Origin: Prorocentrum cordatum
Taxonomy: Eukaryota
Reading direction: 5' to 3'
Length of the DNA: 56,693 bases
NCBI GenBank assembly: GCA_963575745.1
Contig: CAUYUJ010000074.1
Location: 62,001-118,693 of the forward strand
The translations under genes were made by a program, and so were the position numbers. The stretch's first letter is position 1; every line of letters begins with the position of its first letter. The notes under the pieces are model-generated. The model saw only the letters and a list, made by a program, of their open reading frames with translations, made no database searches and was not told the origin of the DNA. Shown here one piece after another: positions 24,487 through 35,799 of this stretch.

Positions 24487-25440
24487 GAAATTATACTATC
24501 CCAGGGGGAAGCGTTAAGTCCGGGGGGGGTAGAGTCTATTGACTTTTTAGAAAGGAGAATTCATGTGGTGCAATCTATGCGGGGTAATCCGCCCTTCCGA
24601 ACTTGAAGCTGCCAATTCCTCTGCTTGTGCAATCGCCCCACCCACCCATCTGCAGCGAAACCCATGCGGCGGCGATTGCGACGGGTGCTTGGCGCTGGCT
24701 GGCGCCTCGCTGCGGCCGCTCTAACGCGCGCAGGCTCGCGCGCAGAGCGGCCAGCTAGTGTGGCGCGACCGACGAGGCCGCTGTGGCACTGACCGCTGGG
24801 CACTTCCCAGCGCGTCTTGCAGGCCGCGCTGATGCGTTGGCACTTCAGTGCGAGTCGGCGACTCGGGCGGGCGCGGTATCATGGCTGCGCTGTCAACGGC
24901 AGGCACGACGAGAAGTGTAGCGATGCTGGCGACGATGATGGCGACGATGATGGCGACGACGACGACAAGGCCAATGACGGCGCCCATGCTGATCACGCCA
25001 ATTACGATGATGGTGCCCACGCGTCGGTTGTGGAGGTTTTTGATAACATCGGCATGCGCGCGCAGCCGATGGGCGCCAGTGGTCTTCAGGATATGATATG
25101 ACCGGGAGCGTGCCCCCCTTCCCCCTGGCACGCGCGCAAGGCCGTGCGAATGATTTCGATACGCGCGCGCGCGAGGCCCGTTTCGTCGCATTTTATGAAA
25201 CTGTTTAACAACTTAACTTTTACGTACGAATTCGCACGAGCGCGCGCAATTTTTTCGACAAACCATGTTGCTACGTCTACTCCAAAACATAATACACGTA
25301 TTCGGTGCGGTCGATGTTGCAGTTCTTGTGGGGACTTCATTTTTTGAACGGTTTCGGCATGCGCGCGCGACGACGGCGCGCGCGTGCAGTTCGCACCGTT
25401 TTTCGCGAGGGATTCTGGCACACGGGTGTTTTTGTCCAAA
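21640..25440 (+). repeat. Diverged tandem macro-repeat (~1.0-1.4-kb modules, about 3.5 copies)
   Basis: Recurring landmarks: G-run+(g/t)tctatt (~22149, 23173, 24534), tgtggtgc(a)atctatg, cccacccac...gcaacttggtttgcaaa, GAC-rich tracts, gcgcgcgc/ttttgcaa blocks and ccgg(c/t)ctagctgggat(a/g)gta. Confidence 0.75.
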
Positions 25441-26904
25441 CCATCTTGTGGTGTTTGGCCTTCGTTTTGGAGAGGCAGCGCCTCGCGTCTCCTCTCCTCT
25501 CCTCTTTCCTTTTTCCGTCCTCCTTCTCTTTCTCCTCCTCCTCCTCCTCCTCCTCCTCCTCCTTCTCCCTCCTGCCATTCCTGCCTCCTCCTTCCTTCCT
25601 CCTCCTCCTCCTCCTCCCTCCTCCTCTTCCCTCCTCCTCGCTGCCTCCTCCTTCTTCCTTCTTTCTCCCTCCTCCCATCCCGGCTTCCTCCCTCCTCCCA
25701 TCCCTCCCTCCTCCCTCCTTCTCCTTCCTTCCTTCCTTCTTCCTCCCCCTCTTCTCCTTCTCCTCCCTCCTCCCATCCCTCCCTCCTCCCTCCTTCTCCT
25801 TCCTTCCTTCCTCCTCCTTCTTCTCCTTCTCCTCCCTCCTCCCATCCCTGCCTCTGCCCTCCGCACCAATCGACCAGTTCTACACACCCAGTATTGCGCG
25901 TCGTGGCCCCATAGGGAGCTCCACCGAAGGCTTCAGTGGCGGTGTCCGCATGCGGCTCCCCCGCCCGATACAAAGTTTGATGACCCCATAAGGAGTTCCA
26001 CCGAAGCCCCCAGTGGCGGCGTCCGCATGCGGCTTCCCCGCCCAGTACAATGTCTCGTGGCCCCGCACGGAACCCCATCGAAGGCATCAGTGGCGGTGTC
26101 CGCATGCAGTTCCCCCACCCAGTACAGCGTTTCGAGGCCCCATAGGGAGCTCCATCGAAGGCATCATTGGCGGTGTCCGCATGTGGTTCCCCCACCCAGT
26201 GTAACGTTTCTGGCCCCATAGGGAGCTCCACCCAAGGCCTCGGTGGCAGTGTCCGCATGCTGTTCCCTCACCCAGTACAGCGTTTCGTGGCCCCATAGGG
26301 GGCTCCACAGAAGGCCTCCGTGGCGGTGTCCGCATGCGGTTTCCCCACCCAGTGCAGCCTTTCGTAGTTCCAGAGGGAGCCCCATCGAAGGCAACAATGG
26401 CGGTGTCCGCATGCGGTTCCCCCACCCAGTACAGCGTTTCGTGGACCGAAAAGGAGCTCCACCGAATGCCTCAGTGGCGGTGCCCGCATGCGGTTCCCCC
26501 CACTCATTACAGCGTTTCGTGGCTCCCTAGGGAGCTCCACCGAAGCCCCCAGTGGCGGTGTCCGCATGCGTGGCCTCCACCCAGTACAGCGTTTCGTGGC
26601 TTCCTAGGGAGCTCCACCGAAGGCCTCAGTGGCGGTGTCCGCATGCGGTTCCCCCACCCAGTACAGCGTTTCGTGTCCAATAGAGAGCTCCACCGACGGC
26701 CTCAGTGGCGGTGTCCGCATGCGGATCCCCCACTCAGTACAGCGTTTCGTGGCTCTCTAGGGGGCTCGCCCAGAGGCCTCAGTGGCGGTGTCCGCATGCG
26801 GTCCCCCCACCCAGTACAGCGTTTCGTGGCCCTATAGGGTGCTCCACCGACGGCTGCAGTGGCTGTGCAGCGTTTCGTGGCCCCATCGGGGGCTCCACCA
26901 TCTT
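25436..26904. mobile_element. Satellite-bearing element: conserved ~60-bp head, CT-rich linker, then ~77-bp array with the 39-bp core
   Basis: The head ccatcttgtggtgtttggccttcgttttggagaggcagcgcctcgcgtc matches 39295-39345. The array spans 25900-26899. Confidence 0.8.
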
Positions 26905-27258
26905 TGGGGCGCCCTCTGAGGCGATTGCAGCTTTGTGTCTGTCCGTCTGCCCGCCTGCTTCGGCCCTCCTCGATCCTTCTTCTCCCCCCCTTCCCCCACC
27001 TGCCCCTGCCACGGTTCTCCAGCGCTCGCCATCGCTTCTCTCCGCGAGGAGCGCGCACCACTGCCGCGTCCGCGTTCGCTTCTTTCCCCCCCCTGCCGCC
27101 TCCGCGGGGGAGGGGTAGCTTCCGCGGTGGACCCGGAGGGGGTGGCAGGGCCCTCCGCCGTGCCGGCGGCCGACACGGGCGCCATCTCCGGGGCCGCCGC
27201 CTGCGCGACGCCGCGGGCGCTGGGCGAGGAGCCCTTCGCGCAGCACTGCGGGTGCGAC

Positions 27259-27426
27259 TAACCACCCACCAAACCACCCCAACCCAACCCGAAGGCTCAG
27301 ATTTGCCCTCCATTTCCAGTGGGGGGGGGGTCGCGGAACATCGAAAAAACACGCATGGAACCCTTACCCCCCCCAACCCGAAATTCGGGCCTTCGGGTTG
27401 GGTTGGGGTGGTTTGGTAGGTAGTCA
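27259..27426. mobile_element. 168-bp MITE with TA...CA ends, ~35-bp TIRs and 5-bp TSD gcgac (family shared with 54729-54895)
   Basis: gcgac|taaccacccaccaaaccaccccaacccaacccgaag ... cttcgggttgggttggggtggtttggtaggtagtca|gcgac. Confidence 0.92.
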
Positions 27427-27859
27427 GCGACGGGAGGGCTTGCGAGGAAGCGTGCGCCTGTGTCAGTGCGGATGACTCCGTGGGTGGCGCGCATGCCACC
27501 AGACTCGGCGTCCAAGGGCAGAGCGGTCGGGGAGAGAGCGCTCTCCCAAGAGAAGGGGAGGACGGGGACGGGGGAGGGTGGGGAGGAGGAGGGGGGAGGA
27601 GGAAGGAGGAACGAAGGAAGAAGGAAAGAGGGAAGCAGGATGACGAAAAAGTAGGGAAGGACGGAGGAAGGAGGAGGAGGAGGAGGAGGAGGAGGAGGAG
27701 GAGGAGGAGGAGGAGAGGAGGAGGAGGAGGAGGAGGAGGAGGAGGAGGAGGAGGAGGAGGAGGAGGAGGAGGAGGAGGAGGAGGAGGAGGAGGAGGAGGA
27801 GGAGGAGGAGGAGGAGGAGGAGGAGTAGGAGGAGCGCTCCCAGCAGGCGCGAAGGCAGG

Positions 27860-28023
27860 CTCCGGGGCATCCACGGCCAGCAGCGTGGTACCAGAAGTTG
27901 ATAGCGTGCGTGTGCTTCTGGACGGGCACGCACGGTGCCCGGCCGAGCTGGACGTCCAGACGGTTGTGGTCAGGGACGTCGCCGCACCCGTGGCCGAGGA
28001 TCTCCCTGTCGACGCGGTAGAAT
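27860..28023 (-). CDS. Candidate exon of an unidentified host gene
   Basis: Unique island with strong GC3 bias in the frame FYRVDREILGHGCGDVPDHNRLDVQLGRAPCVPVQKHTHAINFWYHAAGRGCPG, with a possible cctag acceptor. Confidence 0.35.
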
Positions 28024-28069
28024 CTAGGTCGCCCGCGGGGGTGCAAAGATCCTCGCGCTTCGCGCAGTT

Positions 28070-28690
28070 AGGAGGCTTCTTGGGGGCCGCTTTGGGCCTC
28101 TTGGGGCATCTTTTGGGCCTCTTGGGGGCCTCGTGGGGTCTCTTGGGGGCCTATTGGGAGCCTCTTGGGGACTCCTTGGGGCCTCTTAGGGCGGAAGGCT
28201 CGGATTTTCGGTTCGTGTTCCCTCTCTTGGGCCCCTTTTGGGGCCGTCTGGGGGCCTCTTGGCGTCTTGGGCGCCTCTTGGGCCGTCTTGGGACGCTCTT
28301 AGACCGTCTTGGGGTCCTCTTAGAGGCCTCTTGGGCCGTTTTAGGGTGGTCTTGGGGGCCTCTTGGGCCGGGAGCGGCGGAAAGCCGAAAAGGCGAGAAT
28401 GCCCAAATCACTCAAATTCCAAAGGAACTCAATTGTCGTTGCCTCTTGAAGCCCTCTTGGGAGGCCTCTTGGAGGCCTCTTGGGGGGTCTTGGAGGCCTC
28501 TTGGCATCCTGGGGGTCTTGGGCCAATCTTTGGGCGTCTCGGGGCCCTCTTGGGTCGTCTTGCAGGGGCCCCCGTCTTGGGGCCCTCCTCAGCCCGACAA
28601 ATTCACGCGCCACATCTTGGCAACGCCCAGGAGGCACGGGCACGCGGGAAGCCCCAGGGGGCATCCGGGAAGCCCAGGAGATTTGAGCGC
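28070..28690 (-). repeat. (GGCCTCTTGGG)n-family dispersed element
   Basis: Shares internal segments gcggaaggctc...ttcggtt (cf. 43221) and gccgaaaag(g/a)cgagaa...ttgcctcttg (cf. 2200-2270). Confidence 0.8.
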
Positions 28691-28768
28691 GAGGAGGAGG
28701 AGGAGGAGGAGGAGGAGGAGGAGGAGGAGGAGGAGGAGGAGGAGGAGGAGGAGGAGGAGGAGGAGGAG

Positions 28769-29167
28769 TCAAGCTGGAGATTGGAGGAGATTGTGTGGGT
28801 GAAGAACCTCAGAGGCGTGCGTTCGTTCGAAATTGGTCAGTGCATATTTGGATGTCGGCACTTGAAGCCGACCACGTTGCTGACTGTGAACATGGAATCG
28901 TTCCCGAGGATTTTGAGGAGCAGCCCTGGGGGAGGGAGGTGCTGTCACCCACAAGGGCACATGGCGGCCGCGGACTTAAAAGAGTACCGCTCGGAGCTGT
29001 CTAGACTTTTGGCGGAAGCCCTCCTGGACGCCCTGATGGATCGGGTGCCAGATGGGAGGCCAGGCAATGCACTGCCTCCTGAAGGCTCTGCTCTGTTCGT
29101 CCCCCTCGACCCCTTCTTCGAGTTCGCGCAGCAACATGACTGCGCGCTGGGAGGCGCGGCGAGGTGA
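28769..29167 (+). pseudogene. 5'-truncated retroelement tail encoding the C-terminal half of a DNMT-like domain
   Basis: SSWRL...GQCIFGCRHLKPTTLL...CCHPQGH...KEYRSELSRLLAEAL matches the QCxFG-KPT / CxH-H / AxxYP pattern of retroelement methyltransferase-like domains. It is followed by a stop, a short 3' region and a (CAG)n tail, all embedded in (GAG)n. Confidence 0.6.
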
Positions 29168-29222
29168 GGGCCCCCCTTTAAATTCACGTTGGGGATGCTT
29201 CGGAACTTTCATCTTCAGCGGT

Positions 29223-29253
<31 letters not shown>

Positions 29254-29964
29254 GAGGAGGAGGAGGAGGAGGAGGAGGAGGAGGAGGAGGAGGGAGGGGC
29301 GGAGGAAGAGGAGGAGGAACAGAATGCGGAGGAGAGAGGAGGAGAGAGAAGGAGGGAGGAGGAGGAGGAGGAGGAGGAGGAGGAGGAGGAGGAGGAGGAG
29401 GAGGAGGAGGAGGAGGAGGAGGAGGAGGAGGAGGAGGAGGAGGAGGAGGAGGAGGAGGAGGAGGAGGAGGGGGGGGAGCGCTCCTCCAAGGATTCCCTCC
29501 CCTCCCTCGCACATCGGCGGCGCCATGGCCCACTCTTGATCCGCAGCCTCTGCTTGCCTGCATCAACTTTGGTTCGTGCAGTGCTGCCTCGCCTGGCGCT
29601 CCTGTGGTGCAGACGCCGCTGAGCGCAGGCATCATGACACGAGCTATCGTGGTCATGCTCTCCCGACCTCCCTACTCAGAACGGGCTCCTCCATTGCGTT
29701 TCTAGGGGAACAGAAAGTGACACAAACAAAACAACTCGGAGGTCCGCGCGGATTTCTTGGATCGGCGCTGGGTGAAACGCGCGTGGTTTGAGCCGTTATC
29801 CGCAACCCTATTGCGCCGGATATTCATTTTGCATAGAGTACGGATCGCGCGTCTCCTGCCCGCCTCCCTGCTCCTCTCATCTTTCCTGCCTGCCTCTTAC
29901 ATCGCTCCTTTCTGCGTGCCAGCTTACGCCAGCTTGCCGCCTACCTGATCATCCCTAGCACCCT

Positions 29965-30836
29965 CAGCGGAGTGACGTGCTACGCGGATCACTAGGAGAC
30001 TTCGCCATCCTTGTGGGGCTGCGATCTGCGAATCTGTCGCCACTTTCGGGCGCTGCTGGGGGTCCAGCGGAGTGACGTCCTACGCAGACTCATATTCGAC
30101 CTCGCCATCCCTGTGGGGCTGCGATCTGCGAAACCGTCGCTTCTTTCGAGGGCTGTAGGGGGTCCAGCGGAGTGACGTGCTACGCAGACTCAGATGAGAC
30201 CTCGCCATCCCTGTGGAGCTGCGATCTGCTAAACTGTTGCCACTTTCGAGGGCTGCTGGTGGGTTCCAGCGGAGTGACGTGCTACGCAGACTCATATTCG
30301 ACCTCGCCATCCCTGTGGGGCTGCGATCTGCGAAACTGTTGCCACTTTCGAGGGCTGCTGGTGGGGGAGGGGGCAGCGGAGTGACGTGCTACGCAGACTC
30401 AGGTTAGATCCGCCATCCCTGTGGGGCGGCGATCTGCGAAACCGTCGCCTCTTTCGAGGGCTGATGGCTGGTGCGGGGTCTAGCGGAGTGACGTGCTACG
30501 CAGACTCATATTCGGCCTCGCAATCCCTGTGGGGCTGCGATCTGCGAAACCGTTGCCACGTTCGAGGGCTGCTGGGGGAGGGGGCAGCGGAGTGACGTGC
30601 TACGCAGACTCATATTCGACCTCGCCATCCCTGTGGGGCTGCGATCTGCGAAACTGTCGCCACTTTCGAGGGCTGCGGGGGGGGGGTCAGCGGAGTGACG
30701 TGCTACGCAGACTCAGATTCGACCTCGACATCCCTATGAGGCTGCGATCTGCGAAACTGTCGCCACTTTCGAGGGCTGCGGGGGGGGTCATCGGAGTGAC
30801 GTGCTACGCAGACTCATATTCGACTTCGCCATCCCT
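29965..30836 (+). repeat. ~100-107-bp tandem minisatellite, 8.5 highly similar units
   Basis: Unit is cagcggagtgacgtgctacgcagactcatattcgacctcgccatccctgtggggctgcgatctgcgaaactgtcgccactttcgagggctgc plus a G-rich linker. Confidence 0.96.
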
Positions 30837-31233
30837 TCATCATCCTCAGCACCGTCACCTTCATCCTCCTCCTCCTCATCATCACCATCACCATCATCAT
30901 CTTTGCCACTACCGTAGTCGCAGTCATGCAGGATGTGGCTAGGTCAGGCGCCAGCGCTTTCTCTGAGGAGTACCTGGCAGTGACGAAGTAGCGCGTAGGC
31001 TTCAGGCTACGCACGCGCTGGCCCAACGAGTATATGCAACGGCTCCTCGTGAGGTGGTGGAGCCGCGCACGGCTGAGCAGCTTCAGTCAGCACTAGTTCA
31101 GCAGTAACACTGCCGACTAACAACATCAAAAGCAACAGTAGCTACTACTACTAGCTAGACAGTGCCACCATGCCACAGTACTATGATACTGGACATGCGG
31201 ATGGCGCCGATTCACGCGCTAAAAAGAAACACA

Positions 31234-31519
31234 ATCATCAGCATCAGCATCAGCATCAGCATCAGCATCAGCATCAACATCAGCATCATCACCGCCACGT
31301 CCGCCATGATCACCGTCACCATCATCATCACCAACATCATCATCACCATCTTCGTCGCCGTCATTCTCATCATCACCGTCACCGTCATCACCATCATCAT
31401 CATCACCATCATCATTCTTATTACCATTATCAGCATCATCATCATCATTTTAATCATTATCGTCCTCATCGCCATCATCATCAGCATCATCACCATCATC
31501 ATCATCATCATCATCATCC
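31234..31519. repeat. (CAT/CAG)n degenerate microsatellite
   Basis: Read directly from the sequence. Confidence 0.95.
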
Positions 31520-31522
31520 TAC

Positions 31523-32560
31523 CTAGGAACCCCCAGCAACCCTTCCATAGGAATCCCTAGGAATCCTTAACAGCATGGGGATCCTTAGGAATCTTTAGGG
31601 ATCCATGGGGATTTTTGGAATCCTTAGGATTCCTTAGGGACCCGTAGGAATCCACAGGAATGCCGAGGAGTCGATGGGAATTCTTAGGAAGCCATAAGGA
31701 TCCCGTGGGAATTATTTGGAATCTTTGGGAATCTATCTGGGTCCTTAGGGATCCGTAGGAATCTACAGGACTGCCTAGGAATCGCTGGGAATTCTTAGCA
31801 ACCCATAGTAATCTCATAGGAATTCTTTGAAATCTGTAGGAATCCATCGGGACCTTGAAATCTTTAGGAATTCCGAATGAAATCTTTTTAGGAAATCTTC
31901 CGTGGGGGTCCACAGGAATGCCCAGGAATCGCTGGGAATTTTCAGGAACCCGTAGGGGTCCCATCGGATTTTTTTGGAATGCCCAGGAACCCATAGGAAT
32001 CCGTAGGGATCCATTGGAATCCATCCGGAGCCATTAGGATCCCAAGTGGCCATTCGGAATCCTTTACAAACCTGAAGAATCCTTCGGAACCCATAGGAAT
32101 CCTTTAGTATCTTCAGGAATCCATAGGAATCCTTAGGATTCCAAAGGAATCCGTCGGACCCCTTAGAAATCCTTACGAATTCATAGGAATCTGCGGGGGT
32201 CCCTCAGGGACCCGCGCACATACCAAAAAGGAGCCCTTAGGAACCCGAGATAATTCTTAGGAGTCCCAAGGAATGCCCAGGAATCCTTGACGGATCCTTC
32301 AGATCCCAAGGGTATTTTCAGGAATCTTTCAGAACCCGTAGGGATCCTTAGGGATCCTTAGGGATCCCTAATGGGGTCTTGAGGAATTCCTGGAAAATCT
32401 TAGGACCCCTAGGACTCTTCAGCAATCCCCAGGGATCCTTAGGGGTCCTTAGGAATCCCCAGGAACCCCCAGGAATCCAGGAGTCCCTGCAGATCCTTGA
32501 GATTTTTTTGTTGGAATCCTCATGACGCCTGAAATCCTCAGGAGTCCGCAGGAAACCTAG
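31523..32560. repeat. Degenerate (TAGGAATCCT)n ~10-bp satellite
   Basis: Recurrent ggaatcc/ggatcc/cttagg units. Confidence 0.9.
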
Positions 32561-32574
32561 CAAACAGCAACACT

Positions 32575-32638
32575 AGCAACCCCCCAGGGAGGCTTTCGGC
32601 CCCCCCAGGGGGGGCCGAAGGCCCCCCTGGGAGTTGCT
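32575..32638. other. 64-bp near-perfect palindrome (hairpin or minimal MITE)
   Basis: agcaac-cccccagggaggctttcggcccccc-a-gggggggccgaaggcccccctggga-gttgct. Confidence 0.8.
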
Positions 32639-32678
32639 CAACAACAACAATGGCGTGCAACCAGGGGCCGGTCTTCCC

Positions 32679-32744
<66 letters not shown>

Positions 32745-32749
32745 TAGTG

Positions 32750-32796
<47 letters not shown>

Positions 32797-32809
32797 CGTC
32801 GTAGTGGTT

Positions 32810-32862
<53 letters not shown>

Positions 32863-32934
32863 TGTAGTAGAAGTCGTAGAAGTCGTAGTCGTAGTATTAT
32901 TATTATTAGTAGTAGTAGTAGTAGTAATAGTAGT

Positions 32935-33034
32935 NNNNNNNNNNNNNNNNNNNNNNNNNNNNNNNNNNNNNNNNNNNNNNNNNNNNNNNNNNNNNNNNNN
33001 NNNNNNNNNNNNNNNNNNNNNNNNNNNNNNNNNN
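32935..33034. other. Assembly gap (100 N) between (TAG)n 32678-32934 and (GAT)/(GAG)n 33035-33128
   Basis: Run of N. Confidence 1.
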
Positions 33035-33042
33035 GATGATGC

Positions 33043-33090
<48 letters not shown>

Positions 33091-33523
33091 GGAGGAGGAG
33101 GAGGAGGAGGAGGAGGAGGAGGAGGAGGAAAAGGCGGATGATAGTCCTCGGTTTCCTCCCTCACCCCTGCCCGTTCCTGTTTTTCCTTCTACGTCTTCCA
33201 CCTTACCTCCTCCCCCCCCTCCCTCCCTCCATCCCCCCTCCGTTCTCCTCGAGAGGAGGTGGGAGGGAGGCAGGGAGGGAGGGAGGAGAGGTGGAAGCCG
33301 GAGCTCGCCGTCGTGGTGCTCCGCGGGCTGCCGCCCGCCGCGCCTCGTGCGGGGCCCGCGCCGGAGGGGCTGCCCCGCTGTGCCGGGCCTCCTCCCTACA
33401 GACCATGCCCTCCGCAGCTGCTCTGGCCCAGGCGCGCGCAGGTCGCTGGCCGCGCCTCGGCCGCAGGGCCCGCCTGGCGCCAGCGGCCCCCGCGCCCGCC
33501 GCCCACGGGCCGCCAGGCGCTCC

Positions 33524-34345
33524 ATGGGCGGCCTCCGTGCGCGAGCGCCTCTGCCGGCTGGCGCGGCGGCCCCGCGAGGGTCGTCGACGCCGCAGCCCCG
33601 CTGCGCCGCGGCGCGGGGGAGCACCGCGGGCCGCTCTGCCAGCCGAGGCTCCCTGGGCCGCGGGCTGGCGCGGGGGCAGCTGGCCGCGGCCGCCGCCGCG
33701 GTCGCCAGGAAGGCAGGCAGGCCGCACCGCCGGGGGCGGCGCGCGGCCGGCGGCGGCGGCGGCGGCGCTGGCTCGGGCCCCCACGGCCCTTTCCGCGCGG
33801 CGCTCCGGATTGTCGACGGCGCGACCAAGTGGGTAGTGTCGGCAGTGGTGTTGGGCATGTTGGCTTGGCAGCACGACGCCGGGGCATGCTGGTGGGTGCT
33901 CGGCTCGATAGCGGCCGCGTTCAACTGCAAGGTGCTGAAGGGCGTGGTGAACGAGGCCAGGCCCGCGGGAGCGAGAAAATCGGACCCCGGCATGCCGTCT
34001 TCGCATGCCCAGAGCCTGGCGTTCCACTCGAGCTACGCCTCGCTGGAGCTGGTGGCCAGGGCGGGCGCCGAGGCGGCGGGCGGCCAGGCGGCGGCTCTCT
34101 GCGCCGCCGGGGCGCTGCTGTCCTGGCTGCGGGTGGAGCTCGGCTTCCACACCGAGGCGCAGGTTCTGGCCGGGCTGCTTCTGGGCCTCGTCTCTTCCCT
34201 GGCGTGGCGGCGCCTCGGCGACGCGGTGGGCGTGGGGGAGCTCGCGGGCGGCCTGCTCGCCCAGGGCCTCTTCGTGGCGACGGGCGCGGCGGTCCTGGCC
34301 TTCGTCGTCATGACGGTGAGGGGCTGGCTTCGGGAGGCCGGATGA
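33524..34345 (+). CDS. LPPE: PAP2-superfamily lipid phosphate phosphatase, plastid LPP-epsilon type, with Ala/Arg/Ser-rich N-terminal extension (true start may lie upstream)
   Basis: C1 KGVVNEARP (K-x6-RP), C2 DPGMPSSHAQS and C3 LSWLRVELGFHTEAQV. TKWVVSA...HDAGACWWVLGS closely follows plant LPP-epsilon. Several hydrophobic helices, open frame, very high GC3. Confidence 0.9.
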   Translation: MGGLRARAPLPAGAAAPRGSSTPQPRCAAARGSTAGRSASRGSLGRGLARGQLAAAAAAVARKAGRPHRRGRRAAGGGGGGAGSGPHGPFRAALRIVDGATKWVVSAVVLGMLAWQHDAGACWWVLGSIAAAFNCKVLKGVVNEARPAGARKSDPGMPSSHAQSLAFHSSYASLELVARAGAEAAGGQAAALCAAGALLSWLRVELGFHTEAQVLAGLLLGLVSSLAWRRLGDAVGVGELAGGLLAQGLFVATGAAVLAFVVMTVRGWLREAG

Positions 34346-34439
34346 CTGCGATCCCTGGGGCCCAGGGCCGATGGGGAGGCGCGCAAATAGATGACACCCT
34401 TGCGGCGGAGTACCCTAAACGGCTTCACACAGGCACCAT

Positions 34440-34916
34440 GGGGTTCGCGATGGGGTGTCACGACGGGGGCCACGATGGGGGGAATCGGGATAGGGATAGG
34501 GGCTGGAGATAGGGTGGGGATAGGAACATAGGGCTAGGGGTACAGGGATACAGGGATAAGGTTATAGGGATTTAGGGATGGGGATAGGGATCGGGATGGG
34601 GATGGGAATCGGAGTAGGGATAGGGACATCGAATAGGGACAGGGATGTGGATATAGGCAGAGGGATAGGGATACGGACAGAACTAGGGATAGGAATCAGG
34701 ATTCGGATAGGGATAGGGATCTGGATAGACAATCTGAGACAACGGGAGACAATTGGAAACGATGGAAGACAATCGGAGAGAACGGGGGACACTGGGGATA
34801 GGGATAGGGATACGGACGGGCATTAGGATGGATCGGATGTGCAACGGGAGACAACGGGAGATAATGGGAGACAATGGGAGGCAATGTCGCCCAGCCGACT
34901 CCGGATCCTGCAGCGC
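34440..34916 (+). repeat. (GGGATA)n/(GACAATGGGA)n composite repeat
   Basis: Read directly from the sequence; related in inverted orientation to 2628-2935. Confidence 0.85.
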
Positions 34917-34980
34917 ACTTACCCAACTGCCTGCGGCAAGTCCCGCCATTTTGCCAGTCCATCGTCATCGGTGGTCTACG

Positions 34981-35640
34981 ATCATGATGATGAAAATGAA
35001 TATGATTGTGATGAGTATAATGATGGTGGTGGTGGTGATGATGGGGGTGAGGACAAGGACGGTGATGGGGATTCTGATCCTGATGATGACGATGTTGACG
35101 ATGATGGTGACGCTGACTATGATGCTGATGCTGATGATGACGATTATGCTGATGCTGATGCTGCTGAGGATGATGATGCTGATGATGCTCTTGCTGCTGC
35201 TGCAGATGATAATACTGATGATGCTGATGATGCTCATGCTGATGCTGATGCTGATGCTGATGATTCTGATTATGAGGGTGATAATGCTGATGCTGATGCT
35301 GATGCTGATGATGATTATGACGACGATGATGATGATGCTGCTGCTGATGATGATTATGCTGATGATGATTATTATTAGCTTGATTATCATTTTAATTAAT
35401 AGTATTTGGATTAATATTACCTTTATTATTATTATTATTATTATTATGGTTACGATGATTATTGATATCATTATTAATGTTTTTCATAATCGCATTCTTA
35501 TTATTGTGATGATGCTGGCGATGATGATGATGATGCTGCTGATGATGATGCTGACGACGATTGTGATGGTAATGGTGATGGTGATGATGATGTTGCTGCA
35601 AATGATGAAGAGGAGGAGGAGGAGGAGGAGGAGGAGGAGG
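34981..35640. repeat. Degenerate (GAT/GCT/ATT)n low-complexity tract
   Basis: Read directly from the sequence. Confidence 0.95.
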
Positions 35641-35790
35641 TCTGAGATAATAGCGTTCCGACTGGCTGAGCAAGTTACGCCAGCGGAGCTGTCTGACGCC
35701 GAAGTATATCAAGCCGAACTGTTTGGCACGGCCGTTTGGCTCAAGTTCAGTCTGCCTCCAGGGAACAAAAAGGCTCCTGCCATATTTTCA
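35641..35790 (+). repeat. 5' LTR of the copia element
   Basis: agataatagcgttccgactgg...caagttacgccagcggagctgtctgacgccgaagt...ttggctcaagttc...ccaggga...ttttca aligns with 42045-42192. Confidence 0.85.
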
Positions 35791-35799
35791 TGGCAGCGG
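35791..35799 (+). promoter_or_regulatory. Putative primer-binding site (TGGCAGCGG, tRNA-Leu-like)
   Basis: TGG immediately follows the LTR CA. It resembles the complement of a tRNA-Leu 3' end, but only about 9 nt match. Confidence 0.5.

Noticed and set aside
32738..33523. N-terminal part of the 535-aa ORF
   Set aside because: It runs through (TAG)n, an N gap and GAT/GAG repeats. Only the PAP2 portion is credible.
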